Source: Gammaproteobacteria bacterium
GTDB taxonomy: Bacteria; Pseudomonadota; Gammaproteobacteria; Eutrophobiales; Eutrophobiaceae
NCBI GenBank assembly: GCA_947480335.1
Contig: CANKCB010000006.1
Coordinates: forward strand, 13,148-77,147
Length of the DNA stretch: 64,000 nt
Reading direction: 5' to 3'
Part shown: one piece after another, positions 1 to 11,883 of the stretch
Position numbering within the stretch: position 1 is the stretch's first letter
Layout: every line of letters begins with the position of its first letter
Position numbers and translations under genes: made by a program
Notes under the pieces: generated by a model
Database searches by the model: none
Seen by the model: only the letters and a program-made list of their open reading frames with translations
What the model was told of the DNA's origin: nothing

Positions 1-936
1 GCTGCCATGTGGCCACAGTTGGGCGCACCGTTCGGATTTATTCTGGCCAATGGCTTCTTCCTGCTGCTAACCATTCATTTTAACTATGACTCGAAAACAG
101 CGACGCTGACGGATCCTTTCCTGGTCTGGGGCTGGCGCACGCCGTTTCTGTTATCGATCGTCATGGTGATATTCGGCCTGTATGTGCGCCTGAAGCTACA
201 TGAAACACCGGTGTTTGCCCGCGCCATTGCACGCGGCGAAAAACTGAAAACCCCGTTGACCCAGATCTTTCGTCATCATTTAAAAACGCTGACCATTGGT
301 ACCTTTATTATGGTGGCAACCTATGGCCTGTTTTATCTGATGACCACCTGGGTACTGTCATATGCGATAGGCAGTCCGAGTCTCGGTTTTCTGGGTATAG
401 GCTACCGCGAGTTTCTGGTGTTGCAGATAATATCCGTACTCTGCTTCGCCGGATTCATCCCCGTGTCTGGACTGCTGGCCGATCGGTTTGGACGTCGCAA
501 ATTTCTTCTGATCGTTACGTTTCTCATTATCCTGTTCGGCTTCAGCTTTAATCTGTTCATCTCGCCCGATGTCATAGGCACAGGCGCGAATGCGAACAAG
601 ACCATCATGCTGCTGTTTCTCAGTACCGGCATGACGCTGATGGGACTGACTTTTGGACCGATGTCCGCGCTGTTGCCCGAACTGTTTCCAACCAATATTC
701 GTTATACCGGATCCGGTGTTTCCTACAATCTGGCCTCGATACTGGGCGCGGCGCTGACACCGTTTGTCGCCGCCTGGCTGGTGAAAAACCATGGGCCGGG
801 ATCGGTCGGTTTTTATCTGGCTGCACTGGGAACGATGACATTCATCGCACTGTGGTTAAGCAAGGAAACTCGTGACCGGGATCTGGACACAATGTCAGAT
901 CTTGCTACGTCAGGAATCGAATCGACCTCACCTTGA
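1..936 (+). CDS. MFS transporter, metabolite:H+ symporter (ShiA/ProP-like), 5'-truncated by window edge
   Basis: Multiple TM helices; WGWRTPFLLS, LADRFGRRK and ELFPTNIRYTG motifs; frame is open to the window start. Confidence 0.88.
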   Translation, partial: AAMWPQLGAPFGFILANGFFLLLTIHFNYDSKTATLTDPFLVWGWRTPFLLSIVMVIFGLYVRLKLHETPVFARAIARGEKLKTPLTQIFRHHLKTLTIGTFIMVATYGLFYLMTTWVLSYAIGSPSLGFLGIGYREFLVLQIISVLCFAGFIPVSGLLADRFGRRKFLLIVTFLIILFGFSFNLFISPDVIGTGANANKTIMLLFLSTGMTLMGLTFGPMSALLPELFPTNIRYTGSGVSYNLASILGAALTPFVAAWLVKNHGPGSVGFYLAALGTMTFIALWLSKETRDRDLDTMSDLATSGIESTSP

Positions 937-966
937 GTTACCTCTGTTTTAACCATTTATAACAAA

Positions 967-1090
967 GGAGCCTCTGATTAAGTCAGCGCGTCCAACCGCA
1001 CAAGGATGTGCGGCCAAATTCAAAACAACATCTGTTTGATTTTGTGAGTAAAATAAACAATACGAATTTTCATACGCTGCAGACCAGCAT
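967..1090. repeat. Truncated MITE-like intergenic element
   Basis: Starts GGAGCCTCTGATTAAGTCAG and has a perfect hairpin CCGCACA-AGGA-TGTGCGG; resembles, from recollection, GGAACCTCTGATTAA-ended proteobacterial repeats; no matching right end seen. Confidence 0.45.
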
Positions 1091-1219
1091 CCACACAAAG
1101 AGTGAACACCCGGCCCAAAATGTCAAGTAATACAAAACCGGCTCAGGGCTTCTTATTTCGATTCATTTCAGCGAAAATCGCGTCCGTAAACCGATGTACC
1201 CAATATACGAGATAACAGC

Positions 1220-3487
1220 ATGTCAAAAAACCTGACCCTGGACTTCGAACAAAACGAATCGCGGCCCATCCACGTGTTTACCGAGCAGGCCTATCTGGAT
1301 TATTCCATGTACGTCATACTCGACCGCGCCTTGCCGCATATCGGTGACGGACTCAAACCGGTACAGCGCCGTATCATCTATGCGATGTCTGAACTTGGCC
1401 TGAAAGCCGGTGCCAAGTACAAGAAGTCTGCGCGTACCATCGGTGATGTTATCGGTAAATTTCATCCGCACGGCGATTCCGCCTGTTATGAAGCCATGGT
1501 GTTGATGGCGCAGGATTTTAGTTATCGCTATCCACTGGTAGATGGCCAAGGTAACTGGGGTTCCATGGATGATCCGAAATCATTTGCCGCCATGCGTTAC
1601 ACGGAAGCCAAACTGCGCGCGTATGCTGATGTACTGCTTGGTGAAGTCACCCAGGGTACGGTCGACTGGGTTCCGAATTTTGATGGCACACTGGATGAAC
1701 CGAAACTGTTACCCGCCCGGTTGCCCAATGTACTGCTAAATGGCACCACCGGTATTGCTGTCGGTATGGCTACCGATATTCCTCCGCACAATCTGCGTGA
1801 GGTTGCCACCGCCTGTATCCGCATGCTCGACGAACCAAAAAGCACAGTGAAAGAACTGTTCGAGCACATACAGGGTCCGGACTATCCGGTTGCCGCTGAA
1901 ATCATCACCCCGCGCGCCGAAATTCTGCAAATGTATGAAACCGGTTACGGTTCCATCAAGATGCGCGCTGTATGGGAAAAAGAAGAAGGCAATATCGTGA
2001 TCACGGCTTTGCCATACCAGTGTTCCGGAAACCGCATACTCGAACAAATCGCCGGACAGATGAATGCGAAGAAACTGCCGATGCTGGAAGATCTGCGTGA
2101 TGAGTCCGACCATGAAAACCCGACACGACTGGTATTGATTCCGCGTTCGAACCGCATCGATCTGGATGACCTGATGTCGCACCTGTTTGCGACCACGGAT
2201 CTGGAAAAGAGCTACCGCGTGAACCTGAACATGATCGGGCTGGACGGTCGTCCGCAAGTGAAGAACCTGCGCGATATTATTAAAGAGTGGCTGGAATACC
2301 GTACCGAGACCGTGCGTCGTCGTTTGCAGTATCGCCTGGACAAGGTTGAGGCCGACATCCATCTGCTGGAAGGCCTGATGATCGCCTATCTGAATATCGA
2401 TGAAGTGATCCGCATCATCCGCCAGGAAGATGATCCCAAAGCGGTAATGATGAAACGGTTCAAGTTGTCCGATTTACAGACCGAAGCGATCCTCAATCTG
2501 CGCTTGAGAAAATTGGCCAAGCTGGAAGAATTCCAGATCAAGGGCGAGCTGGACAATCTGAGTGAAGAAAGTAAAGCTCTGCAGCAAATCCTCGGCTCTG
2601 CCTCGCGTATGAAAACGCTGATCAAGAAAGAGATCATGGCTGATGCGGAAGCGCACGGAGACAAACGCCGCTCGCCATTGGTCAAACGCGAAGAAGCCAA
2701 AGCCATCAATGAAGCTGAACTGGTGCCAACAGAACCTGTGACCGTGGTGCTGTCACAGAAGGGCTGGGTACGTGCGGCAAAAGGACATGAAATCGAGGCG
2801 GAAGCTTTGACCTACCGCGCTGGCGACGAACTGAAACAGGCGGTAAAGGGCAAGAGTAATCAGTCTGCTGTGTTTATCGATTCAACCGGACGTAGTTATT
2901 CAATCCCGGCACACACCTTGCCCTCAGCACGCGGTAATGGTGAACCGATTGCCAGTCGCTTTACACCGCCAGATGGCGCGACCTTTGCTGGCGTGATGAT
3001 GGGAGAACCGGAAACCATTTATCTGGTGGCCAGTGATGCCGGATATGGTTTCAAGGTGAAGTTTGAAGAATTGCATACGCGTAACAAGAATGGCAAGGCG
3101 GTGCTCAGCGTGCCATCCGGGTCGAATGTGTTGATACCTTCACTTGTGTTTGATCCTGATCAGGATTTTGTCGCCGCCATTTCATCAATAGGCCGCATGT
3201 TGGTAATGGACATCAAGGAATTCCCGTTACTGGGTAAAGGCAAGGGTCTGAAGATTATCCAGATCCCGCCGGCTAAACTGAAAACACGCGAGGAGTACAT
3301 GAGTGCTATCGCCTGTTTTAGCGAAGGCGACTCCTTATTACTTCAGGCAGGCAAACGTCAAATCACACTGAAACCGGAAATCATCAATAATTTCTACGGC
3401 GAACGCGGACTGCGCGGCAACATGTTGCCACAGGGCTTCCGACAGATCAGTACCATGACAGTGGTCAAGGAACCGGTGAAGGAATAG
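1220..3487 (+). CDS. parC: DNA topoisomerase IV subunit A
   Basis: [35 protein letters not shown] (catalytic Tyr); 755 aa with ParC-type C-terminus. Confidence 0.97.
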   Translation: MSKNLTLDFEQNESRPIHVFTEQAYLDYSMYVILDRALPHIGDGLKPVQRRIIYAMSELGLKAGAKYKKSARTIGDVIGKFHPHGDSACYEAMVLMAQDFSYRYPLVDGQGNWGSMDDPKSFAAMRYTEAKLRAYADVLLGEVTQGTVDWVPNFDGTLDEPKLLPARLPNVLLNGTTGIAVGMATDIPPHNLREVATACIRMLDEPKSTVKELFEHIQGPDYPVAAEIITPRAEILQMYETGYGSIKMRAVWEKEEGNIVITALPYQCSGNRILEQIAGQMNAKKLPMLEDLRDESDHENPTRLVLIPRSNRIDLDDLMSHLFATTDLEKSYRVNLNMIGLDGRPQVKNLRDIIKEWLEYRTETVRRRLQYRLDKVEADIHLLEGLMIAYLNIDEVIRIIRQEDDPKAVMMKRFKLSDLQTEAILNLRLRKLAKLEEFQIKGELDNLSEESKALQQILGSASRMKTLIKKEIMADAEAHGDKRRSPLVKREEAKAINEAELVPTEPVTVVLSQKGWVRAAKGHEIEAEALTYRAGDELKQAVKGKSNQSAVFIDSTGRSYSIPAHTLPSARGNGEPIASRFTPPDGATFAGVMMGEPETIYLVASDAGYGFKVKFEELHTRNKNGKAVLSVPSGSNVLIPSLVFDPDQDFVAAISSIGRMLVMDIKEFPLLGKGKGLKIIQIPPAKLKTREEYMSAIACFSEGDSLLLQAGKRQITLKPEIINNFYGERGLRGNMLPQGFRQISTMTVVKEPVKE

Positions 3488-3527
3488 GTATCCAGACTAC
3501 CCGTCAGTCAAAAAATCTGACACTAAA

Positions 3528-3558
3528 GGCAGGGGCACAGTAACTTGTGCTCCTGCAT
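3528..3558 (+). terminator. Hairpin after parC
   Basis: GCAGGGGCACA...TGTGCTCCTGC stem; weak U-tract. Confidence 0.5.
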
Positions 3559-3757
3559 AAATCATCCCTTGATATTCACCCAACAGACCTTACATTATCT
3601 ATATATAAAATTTACTTTGCCGTAGAGTGCAGGGAAGCTGGTGCAAATCCACATAACCCTAAAATATTTAGGCCTATTATTTAAGGACTCACGATAAAAC
3701 CAACTGCCTGACAGGTGGTCTAACAACGAGTTATTCACAATTGAGGATATAAATACC

Positions 3758-4642
3758 ATGAAACGTATATTACTGTTTCTTGCTACCAACCTTGCCATCA
3801 TGCTGGTGCTTGGTGTGGTCATCTCCGTGTTTGGTCTGGGCAATGTGTTGAATAAATCCGGCACGGGGCTGGATCTGACATCATTATTGATCCTGTCAGC
3901 AGTTGTCGGTATGACCGGTTCGTTCATCTCGTTGGCCTTGTCGAAAACGATGGCTATCCATGGCACGGGTGCACAGATCATCAAAGCACCTTCAAACCCG
4001 ACCGAAGTCTGGTTGGTGGATACAGTAAGCCGACAGGCAAGGGATGCCGGTATAGGTATGCCCGATGTGGCTATTTTCCCATCACCGGAAATGAATGCCT
4101 TTGCCACCGGTATGAACAAAAATAGTGCGCTGGTCGCCGTCAGCACCGGTCTGTTACAGAATATGGATCGCAGTCAGGCCGAAGCGGTACTTGGTCATGA
4201 AATCACCCACGTAGCCAACGGCGACATGATTACACTGACGCTGATCCAGGGCGTGGTAAATACCTTTGTGTTTTTCCTGTCACGTGTGATTGGTCATGTT
4301 ATCGACCGCGCTGTATTTAAAGTAGAGCGCGGCCATGGTCCAGCCTACTGGATCACCGTGTTTATCGCTCAAATGGTGCTCGGTATACTCGCCAGCATGA
4401 TCGTGATGTGGTTCAGCCGTTACCGTGAATTCAAGGCAGATGCGGGTGGCGCTAAACTGGCCGGTACCAACAAGATGATTTCCGCGCTGGAACGACTGAA
4501 GCAGGGACATCAACAGGTTGAATTACCCGATCAGCTGGCGGCTTTCGGAATATCTGGCGGCATCAAGGGTGGCATGACCAAGCTGTTCATGAGCCATCCG
4601 CCGTTGGAAGAACGCATCGCCGCCTTGCAGAAGCAGGGGTAA
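3758..4642 (+). CDS. htpX: Membrane zinc metalloprotease HtpX
   Basis: MKRILLFLATN start, NAFATG, HEITH (HExxH), SRYREFKAD, SHPPLEERI. Confidence 0.96.
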   Translation: MKRILLFLATNLAIMLVLGVVISVFGLGNVLNKSGTGLDLTSLLILSAVVGMTGSFISLALSKTMAIHGTGAQIIKAPSNPTEVWLVDTVSRQARDAGIGMPDVAIFPSPEMNAFATGMNKNSALVAVSTGLLQNMDRSQAEAVLGHEITHVANGDMITLTLIQGVVNTFVFFLSRVIGHVIDRAVFKVERGHGPAYWITVFIAQMVLGILASMIVMWFSRYREFKADAGGAKLAGTNKMISALERLKQGHQQVELPDQLAAFGISGGIKGGMTKLFMSHPPLEERIAALQKQG

Positions 4643-4768
4643 GCAACACTGGCCGTATCGACACAGCTGATCGCCGGGACACTGCATGCGGTGCCCCTAC
4701 CGGTTCGGATTCAAATGTCGTAATTCGTGAACGATCTTGTTTGTCGTACTGACACAAAAATTACCGTC

Positions 4769-4793
4769 GTCATACTGGCGTATGCCAGTATCT
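4769..4793 (+). repeat. REP-like short palindrome
   Basis: GTCATACTGGCGTATGCCAGTATCT; related copy on the - strand at about 53997-54024. Confidence 0.45.
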
Positions 4794-4801
4794 ATGTGGT
4801 T

Positions 4802-4840
4802 AAAAAAAACGGGAGGCACCTTGCGGGACCTCCCGTTTAT
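4802..4840. terminator. Bidirectional intrinsic terminator between convergent genes
   Basis: A-run, AACGGGAGG...CCTCCCGTT stem, then TTAT. Confidence 0.8.
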
Positions 4841-4860
4841 TCCAGAACTTTTTTAATCAG

Positions 4861-5100
4861 TTACTTCGAGGAGTCGATATCATCACACATATAGTAACCA
4901 ATAATACCACCTATAATGGCGCCACCGGCATAACCGGCACTTTCACCATTAATAGCTCCACCCACACCGGCACCGCCAGCGGTCGTCGCCAACATGCATA
5001 AAGCATCCTGGGAAATGGATGCGCTATTACCTGTTGTCGCACACCCGGACAGCAGAGAGCTGGCACATATTAATGCAATTACACTCTGTTTAATTTTCAT
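4861..5100 (-). CDS. Small glycine-zipper lipoprotein
   Basis: Start MKIKQ at 5100 with GGGAG RBS; lipobox LSGC; GGAGVGG and GGAIIGGIIG repeats. Confidence 0.7.
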   Translation of the reverse strand: MKIKQSVIALICASSLLSGCATTGNSASISQDALCMLATTAGGAGVGGAINGESAGYAGGAIIGGIIGYYMCDDIDSSK

Positions 5101-5301
5101 AAAGCTCCCCTGAAAGATAATTAAGATTATAAATAAACATGTTGAAGCATTGCCAATAACTTCGTTCTTTTTATCATACTTTATCAAGTTACAACAAGCG
5201 TCCGCAAATGGTCAAGCTTGAAAACAGGTTATTACAAAACCTGACTGGACAGAACAAAATCTGAAATTAGCCACTTACCCCGTATCCTGATCGACTGTCT
5301 A

Positions 5302-5868
5302 CTACGTCTTTGGCAACGTCACTCCGGTCTGGCCCTGATACTTGCCACCCCGATCCTTGTACGACGTCTCGCATACTTCATCGGATTCGAAGAAAATCAT
5401 CTGCGCCACACCTTCGTTCGCGTAGATTTTGGCGGGCAAGGTCGTGGTATTGGAAAATTCCAGTGTCACATGTCCTTCCCACTCCGGCTCCAGCGGCGTG
5501 ACATTGACGATGATGCCACAACGGGCGTAGGTGGATTTGCCCAGACAAATTGTCAGAATATTTCTCGGGATGCGAAAATATTCAACCGTACGTGCGAGTG
5601 CAAATGAATTCGGTGGAATGATGCAGACATCCGTATCCAGATTAACAAAGCTGTTTGAATCAAAGTTTTTTGGATCGACTATGGATGAATTGATATTGGT
5701 AAAGATACGAAACTCGGTAGCACAGCGAACATCATAACCGTAGCTCGATGTTCCGTAGGAAACCAGTTTTTTGTCGCCTTGCTGCTTGACCTGCCCCGGT
5801 TCAAACGGCTCGATCAAACCATGCTCTTTTGCCATACGGCGGATCCATTTGTCCGATTTAACGCTCAT
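5302..5868 (-). CDS. dcd: dCTP deaminase
   Basis: [44 protein letters not shown]. Confidence 0.96.
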   Translation of the reverse strand: MSVKSDKWIRRMAKEHGLIEPFEPGQVKQQGDKKLVSYGTSSYGYDVRCATEFRIFTNINSSIVDPKNFDSNSFVNLDTDVCIIPPNSFALARTVEYFRIPRNILTICLGKSTYARCGIIVNVTPLEPEWEGHVTLEFSNTTTLPAKIYANEGVAQMIFFESDEVCETSYKDRGGKYQGQTGVTLPKT

Positions 5869-5901
5869 GCTCCTCACCCATCCAAATTAATTAAACACAA
5901 T

Positions 5902-5946
5902 CCTACCACTCCCCTCACTCCTCTCCCCTCTCCCCTCTCCCCTCAC
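5902..5946. repeat. Heptameric C-rich tandem repeat (CTCCCCT/CACTCCT units)
   Basis: cctacca-ctcccct-cactcct-ctcccct-ctcccct-ctcccct-cac. Confidence 0.8.
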
Positions 5947-5949
5947 ATC

Positions 5950-7041
5950 TTATATATTCTCAACCACAATTTTTGGAAACCTGCCGCTGTAGTCTCTGGA
6001 CTTCAATGCGAGCTGGGCGGCGGCCTTGCGGGCGATGGCACGATAATTCAAGGTAATGGCCGATTCCGGCGCCAGAGCGACGGTTGGTTTACCAACATCC
6101 ATACCTTCACGTATAGAGATATCGAGCGGCAAAGATCCCAGTAAGTCGACACCGTATTGTCTGGCCATTTTATCGCCACCACCACTACCAAAGATATGTT
6201 CCTCGTGACCGCAGTTACTGCAAATGTGGGTACTCATGTTTTCAACAATACCCAACACAGCGACCTCAACCTTCTGGAACATCTTCAGTGCCTTGCGCGC
6301 ATCCAGCAAGGCAATATCCTGTGGTGTGGTTACTATAATTGCACCGCTCACGGGGATTTTCTGGCACAGGGTCAGTTGTATATCACCAGTACCCGGTGGT
6401 AGGTCAATAATCAGATAATCCAGATCCTGCCAGTTCGTATCTGCCAGCATTTGTTCCAGCGCGGAAGTCACCATCGGCCCACGCCAGATCATCGGCGTTT
6501 CCTCATCGATCAGGTATCCAATGGACATGGTTTGCAAACCATAGCTGATATTGGGTTCCAGCTTTTTACCGTCGATGCTTTCAGGTTTCTTGTAACAACC
6601 CAGCATTCTGGGCTGGCTGGGCCCGTAGATATCTGCATCCAGTATCCCGACTTTTGCCCCTTCGGCCTGTAGTGCCAGTGCCAGATTCGCTGCGGTAGTA
6701 GATTTGCCGACACCACCCTTACCGGAGGCAATCGCAATGGTATTTTTCACATTTGCGAGTGGTTTGACGCCTTTCTGTACAGCATGTGAAGTAATACTGG
6801 CATCCAGTTCAACCTGCACCTGCAGTCCACTTGCCAATGACTCTACGGCCCGGACAATATTGGCAGACAGCTCCTGGCGATACCCCTCTGCCGGGTAACC
6901 TAACCCTATCGAAATCAGTATCTGTCCAGACTGGATTCGAACATCATTGACGACCTTCGCGCTCATCAGGTCTTTACCCAGATTGGTATCGACTACTGTT
7001 GCCAGAACGGCTTCGATTTGTTCACGGTTTACTTCAGGCAT
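5950..7041 (-). CDS. apbC: Fe-S cluster carrier ATPase Mrp/ApbC
   Basis: ASGKGGVGKST, DADIYGPS, DLPPGTGD, ENMS..CxxC; divergent from metG. Confidence 0.95.
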   Translation of the reverse strand: MPEVNREQIEAVLATVVDTNLGKDLMSAKVVNDVRIQSGQILISIGLGYPAEGYRQELSANIVRAVESLASGLQVQVELDASITSHAVQKGVKPLANVKNTIAIASGKGGVGKSTTAANLALALQAEGAKVGILDADIYGPSQPRMLGCYKKPESIDGKKLEPNISYGLQTMSIGYLIDEETPMIWRGPMVTSALEQMLADTNWQDLDYLIIDLPPGTGDIQLTLCQKIPVSGAIIVTTPQDIALLDARKALKMFQKVEVAVLGIVENMSTHICSNCGHEEHIFGSGGGDKMARQYGVDLLGSLPLDISIREGMDVGKPTVALAPESAITLNYRAIARKAAAQLALKSRDYSGRFPKIVVENI

Positions 7042-7169
7042 CTTTCATCACGCTTGACTGTTAATTATGTGTTTATCTTACAACATTTTCAGGTATTAGT
7101 TTCACATGCTTGCTACACCGGGCCGGTCATTGGTGTAAACTGTCGCCTGAATCCTGATTTACGACACTT

Positions 7170-9209
7170 ATGACAGAAAACAAACGAAAAATCCTGGTCA
7201 CCAGTGCATTGCCGTATGCAAATGGTTCGATACATATCGGCCATCTGGTTGAATACATACAGACGGATATCTGGGTAAGGTTCCAGAAAATGTGCGGCAA
7301 TGACTGTCTGTATGTCTGCGCTGACGATGCGCATGGAACGCCCATCATGCTAAGGGCGGAACAGGAAGGTATTACCCCGGAACAATTGATCGCCAGAACG
7401 TTGGAAGAACACCGGGCAGATTTTGCCGGATTCAATATCGAATTTGACAACTACCATTCTACTCACAGTGCCGAGAACCGTGAGCTCTCGACCTGGATTT
7501 ATACCCGACTGCGTGACAATAACTACATTACCCAACGCAGCATCGAACAGCTTTATGATCCGGTAAAGGAAATGTTCCTGCCGGATCGGTTCATCCGTGG
7601 GGAATGCCCAACCTGCCATGCACAGGATCAGTACGGTGACCAGTGCGAGGTTTGCAACCGTACATATTCGCCTACCGATTTGCTTAATCCGGTCTCAGCA
7701 ATCTCGGGTGCCACACCTATAAAAAAGGAATCTTTGCATTTCTTTTTTGACCTGCCCGCATTTGAACCGAAGTTGCGAGAGTGGACCCGCAACACGCTGC
7801 AAGCTGAAATTGCCAACAAACTGGAAGAATGGTTTTTGGCGGGCTTGCAGCAGTGGGACATCTCGCGAGACAAACCCTATTTCGGATTTGAAATTCCCGA
7901 TGCGCCGGGAAAATATTTCTATGTGTGGCTGGATGCGCCTGTCGGATATTTTGCCAGTCTAAAAAACCTGTGCGAACGCCGCGGCCTCGATCTTGATTCC
8001 TATATACGCCATGACAGCCAGGCAGAGATGTATCACTTCATTGGCAAGGACATCATGTATTTTCATGCGCTGTTCTGGCCTGCCATGCTTGAAGGCTGCG
8101 GCCTGCGTAAACCGGACAATATATTCATACATGGTTTCCTCACCGTGAATGGCCAGAAAATGTCCAAGTCACGTGGAACCTTTATCAAGGCCGCCACTTA
8201 CCTGCAGCATTTGCACCCGGAATACCTGCGCTATTACTATGCCTCCAAACTGGGCTCTGGCATTGATGATATCGACTTGAATCTGGATGATTTTATTTTC
8301 CGTATCAATTCGGATCTGGTGGGCAAGATAGTGAATATCGCCAGTCGCTGTGCCGGATTCATTTCCAAACGATTTGACGGCAAACTTTCCGGCCAGCTGG
8401 CTGATCCGGAATTATTTGCCAGAATTACCTCTGGCGCAAATGAGTCGCTGAAACAATTGTACGAAAACCGTGAGTACAGCAAGGCGATGCGCGCCATCAT
8501 GGCAATTGCGGATGAGGTCAATCAATACATTGACGAGCACAAACCCTGGGTCATTGCCAAAGTGGAGGGCCGTGAACAGGAGTTGCAAGCAGTGTGCACG
8601 ATGGGACTGAACTGCTATCGGCTACTGGTACTGTACCTGAAACCGGTCTTACCGGAGCTGGCCAAAAATTCTGAACAGTTCCTGAATATCGCTCCACTGG
8701 TCTGGCAAGATGCTGACCATGCACTGCTCGACCATACGATTAACACCTTTAAACCCCTGATGACACGCGTAGAACAGGAGAAAGTTGACGCCATGATTGC
8801 TGACAGCAAGGACAACCTGCAGGCTTCCGCAGATACACCACCTGCAGTACAAAACACATTACTGACCGAAACACCGATTGCTCCTGTTATTTCTATCGAG
8901 GATTTTGGCAAGATTGATTTACGGGTGGCACGTATTCTCAAGGCAGAACAGGTTGAAGGCGCAGACAAACTGCTACAGTTGACGCTGGATCTTGGCGGAG
9001 AAACACGCAATGTATTTGCCGGCATCAAGTCTGCCTACGATCCGGCAACGCTGGAAGGTCGCTTGACTGTCATGGTAGCCAATCTGGCGCCACGCAAGAT
9101 GCGCTTTGGCGTATCTGAAGGAATGGTACTTGCGGCCGGTTCCGGTAAGGGTGATATATATATATTAAGCCCTGATAATGGCGCTGAACCGGGAATGCGC
9201 ATAAAATAA
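7170..9209 (+). CDS. metG: Methionine--tRNA ligase
   Basis: HIGH and KMSKS motifs, Zn knuckle CxxC pairs, C-terminal tRNA-binding domain. Confidence 0.98.
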   Translation: MTENKRKILVTSALPYANGSIHIGHLVEYIQTDIWVRFQKMCGNDCLYVCADDAHGTPIMLRAEQEGITPEQLIARTLEEHRADFAGFNIEFDNYHSTHSAENRELSTWIYTRLRDNNYITQRSIEQLYDPVKEMFLPDRFIRGECPTCHAQDQYGDQCEVCNRTYSPTDLLNPVSAISGATPIKKESLHFFFDLPAFEPKLREWTRNTLQAEIANKLEEWFLAGLQQWDISRDKPYFGFEIPDAPGKYFYVWLDAPVGYFASLKNLCERRGLDLDSYIRHDSQAEMYHFIGKDIMYFHALFWPAMLEGCGLRKPDNIFIHGFLTVNGQKMSKSRGTFIKAATYLQHLHPEYLRYYYASKLGSGIDDIDLNLDDFIFRINSDLVGKIVNIASRCAGFISKRFDGKLSGQLADPELFARITSGANESLKQLYENREYSKAMRAIMAIADEVNQYIDEHKPWVIAKVEGREQELQAVCTMGLNCYRLLVLYLKPVLPELAKNSEQFLNIAPLVWQDADHALLDHTINTFKPLMTRVEQEKVDAMIADSKDNLQASADTPPAVQNTLLTETPIAPVISIEDFGKIDLRVARILKAEQVEGADKLLQLTLDLGGETRNVFAGIKSAYDPATLEGRLTVMVANLAPRKMRFGVSEGMVLAAGSGKGDIYILSPDNGAEPGMRIK

Positions 9210-9215
9210 TGTAGC

Positions 9216-9800
9216 GTGAACGAAACCCTCCTCATCTTCCTCAGCGCAGGTCTGGTCAATAATCTGATCCTGGATCATATGCTGGGTGTGGATTCGGTCA
9301 TCGCCCTGTCCCGCAAGCCTGAAACTGCGCTGGACCTGACCCTGTTAATGCTGATACTTCTGCCAATCACAACCGCCTGTGGCTGGTTGCTCGCAACCAG
9401 CATGTTGCAACCCATGCGTTTGGAATATCTGCTGCTACCTGCACAGGTCTTGTTAATCTGCCTGCTGGTACCGGCGGCTGGCATGATCCTTCAACGTGTC
9501 AGGCCGCAACTTTTTACCAGACTCGTATTGTATTTTCCGCTGGTCATGGTCAACTGTACGATACTTGGCGTAACTCTTTTAAATCTGTCCGCATTACATA
9601 ACCTTTCTGCCTCAATAGCCTACGGTTTTGGTTCAGCGGCTTGTTTCGGTCTGGTGATGTTGCTCACCTCGGCCATACGTGACCGGATTTCCGCGGCGGA
9701 TGTACCGATTCCTTTCAAAGGTACGGCTATTTTATTCATTACACTCGGCCTGATGGCAATGGCGTTCATGGGCTTTACCGGACTCAGTCCTGTTCAATGA
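9216..9800 (+). CDS. rnfA: Rnf/Rsx complex subunit A (divergent)
   Basis: GTG start; [30 protein letters not shown]; first conserved Cys is Asp (codon 9291-9293). Confidence 0.88.
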   Translation: MNETLLIFLSAGLVNNLILDHMLGVDSVIALSRKPETALDLTLLMLILLPITTACGWLLATSMLQPMRLEYLLLPAQVLLICLLVPAAGMILQRVRPQLFTRLVLYFPLVMVNCTILGVTLLNLSALHNLSASIAYGFGSAACFGLVMLLTSAIRDRISAADVPIPFKGTAILFITLGLMAMAFMGFTGLSPVQ

Positions 9801-10339
9801 CGGGACTGATACTACTGTTTTTGTTAGTAGGTCTGTTTATACCGGTCTGGTATTTATATTTGCAAAAACCTGTATCCCATACGGGCACGCACGCGCCGGA
9901 CACTACCGCCGATGCAATTGACAAACTCTTGCCTCAGACACAATGTGGGCAATGTGGTTATACCGGATGCCGACCTTATGCTGAAGCCATCACCAGAGGG
10001 ATGGCCGGGATCAACCAGTGTCCACCCGGTGGTGAACCCACACTGCGTGCCCTGGCCCGACTACTTGGACAGGACATACACGAACCGGTCAGGCTAGTCG
10101 CCACTCCAAAACAGGTTGCCGTGATCGATGAAGACTTGTGTATCGGATGCGTCAAGTGCATCAAGGCCTGTCCGGTAGACGCAATTATCGGTGCGCCAAA
10201 AAAAATGCATACGATTATCAGAAAGAACTGCACCGGTTGCGGCTTATGTATTGCTCCCTGCCCGGTCAATTGCATCAGTCTGGTTCCGGTACGGATGAAA
10301 ACCAGGGAATGGGTCTGGACCAAACCAAACCCGGCATGA
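9797..10339 (+). CDS. rnfB: Rnf/Rsx complex subunit B
   Basis: [14 protein letters not shown]...CPPGG plus two CxxCxxCxxxCP ferredoxin motifs. Confidence 0.92.
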   Translation: MTGLILLFLLVGLFIPVWYLYLQKPVSHTGTHAPDTTADAIDKLLPQTQCGQCGYTGCRPYAEAITRGMAGINQCPPGGEPTLRALARLLGQDIHEPVRLVATPKQVAVIDEDLCIGCVKCIKACPVDAIIGAPKKMHTIIRKNCTGCGLCIAPCPVNCISLVPVRMKTREWVWTKPNPA

Positions 10340-11883
10340 ACACACAGGTGACACGTCAGCTACATAATTTTCATGGCGGTCTCGTATTCGAGACTTACAA
10401 GGACATTACCAGCAAGATCGTTGCCATTCAGCATCCGCTCCCACAAAAAATTATTCTGCCACTACGACAACATATTGGTATCCCTGCCGTTCCAGTCGTT
10501 AAGATTGGTGATTACGTACTAAAAGGACAGTTGATTGCCAGGGCCGATGGTTACGTCAGCATTCCATTGCACGCCAGCACTTCTGGCAAGGTAATTGATA
10601 TAGGCGATTATCCGGTACCCCATGCCGGCAAAGCTGTAGCCACCTGTATCGTAATCAAACCGGATGGGGAAGAACGCTGGGCAGATATTGAGCCGACAGA
10701 AAATTTTCTGTCAATCGATCCGAAACAATTACAGGAAATCATCCGTTCCAGTGGAATTGCTGGTCTGGGTGGCGCGGGGTTCCCTGCCCATGTAAAGCTG
10801 AATGAAGGGGTCGTCAATGTAGTCGATACTCTGATTATCAATGGTGTGGAATGTGAACCCTATATTACCTGTGATGACAGACTGATACGGGAAAAAGCAC
10901 ATTATGTCGTTGCCGGGACACGCATGATTCGACATGCTGTACAAGCCAGACAGTGCGTCATTGCCGTGGAGGAAGATATGCCTGAAGCCTATGCGGCTTT
11001 GGCACAATGGATTGATGACGATATTGAACTGATCAAGGTGCCAACACGTTATCCGTCAGGCGGAGAAAAACAGCTGATCCAGGTCATCACCGGCAAGGAA
11101 GTACCCAGCGGCGGACTCGCAATTCACATCGGCATTGTCATGCATAACGTTGCAACAGCGGCGGCAGTCTATCGGGCAGTAACGCGTGGTGAACCGGTTA
11201 TCTCCCGCTATGTCACTATCACCGGCAAGGTCGGTACTCCGCGTAATTTGCAAGTGCTGTTAGGCACGCCGGTCAGCGATTGTTTAAGGGCCTGTGGTTA
11301 TGAACATAATGAGAATCATCGTGTCATTATGGGTGGTCCGATGATGGGTATTCATATCAACAATCCTGACATACCAGTCATCAAGACAACCAACTGTATT
11401 CTGGTTAAGGAAATCCAGCCTATACCGGCGGAAATGCCCTGCATACGTTGTGGCAACTGCGTCGATGTCTGTCCGATTAAACTATTACCGCAGCAATTGT
11501 ATTGGCATGCACGTTCAGAAAATCTGGAAGAAACCAAAAAATTTCATATATTTGACTGTATTGAGTGCGGCTGTTGTTCCTATGTCTGCCCCAGCCATAT
11601 TCCGCTCGTACAATACTATCGTTATGCCAAAACCCGTATCGCCGCAGAAGAACGCAAACGGGAGGGTGCCGATCATGCACGACAACGATTTATGCAACGA
11701 CAACACAGACTTGAAGAAGAAGCACAGGAAAAACTTTTACCACAAGTGTCGACAATATCTGAATCCGATTCGCTCATCGCCGATCCCGACATAATCAAAT
11801 CCTATATTGAAGCCGCCGTCGCCCGAACCCGGGATAAACGCCATCAGTCCAGAATCACCGATCTGGAGGACAAGGATGGCTGA
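10336..11883 (+). CDS. rnfC: Rnf/Rsx complex subunit C
   Basis: ATG overlaps rnfB stop; [45 protein letters not shown]. Confidence 0.95.
   Translation: MNTQVTRQLHNFHGGLVFETYKDITSKIVAIQHPLPQKIILPLRQHIGIPAVPVVKIGDYVLKGQLIARADGYVSIPLHASTSGKVIDIGDYPVPHAGKAVATCIVIKPDGEERWADIEPTENFLSIDPKQLQEIIRSSGIAGLGGAGFPAHVKLNEGVVNVVDTLIINGVECEPYITCDDRLIREKAHYVVAGTRMIRHAVQARQCVIAVEEDMPEAYAALAQWIDDDIELIKVPTRYPSGGEKQLIQVITGKEVPSGGLAIHIGIVMHNVATAAAVYRAVTRGEPVISRYVTITGKVGTPRNLQVLLGTPVSDCLRACGYEHNENHRVIMGGPMMGIHINNPDIPVIKTTNCILVKEIQPIPAEMPCIRCGNCVDVCPIKLLPQQLYWHARSENLEETKKFHIFDCIECGCCSYVCPSHIPLVQYYRYAKTRIAAEERKREGADHARQRFMQRQHRLEEEAQEKLLPQVSTISESDSLIADPDIIKSYIEAAVARTRDKRHQSRITDLEDKDG

Noticed and set aside
3567..3597. 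sigma32-like promoter for htpX (CTTGATA...CTTACAT)
   Set aside because: Weak -10 match; not supportable without TSS data
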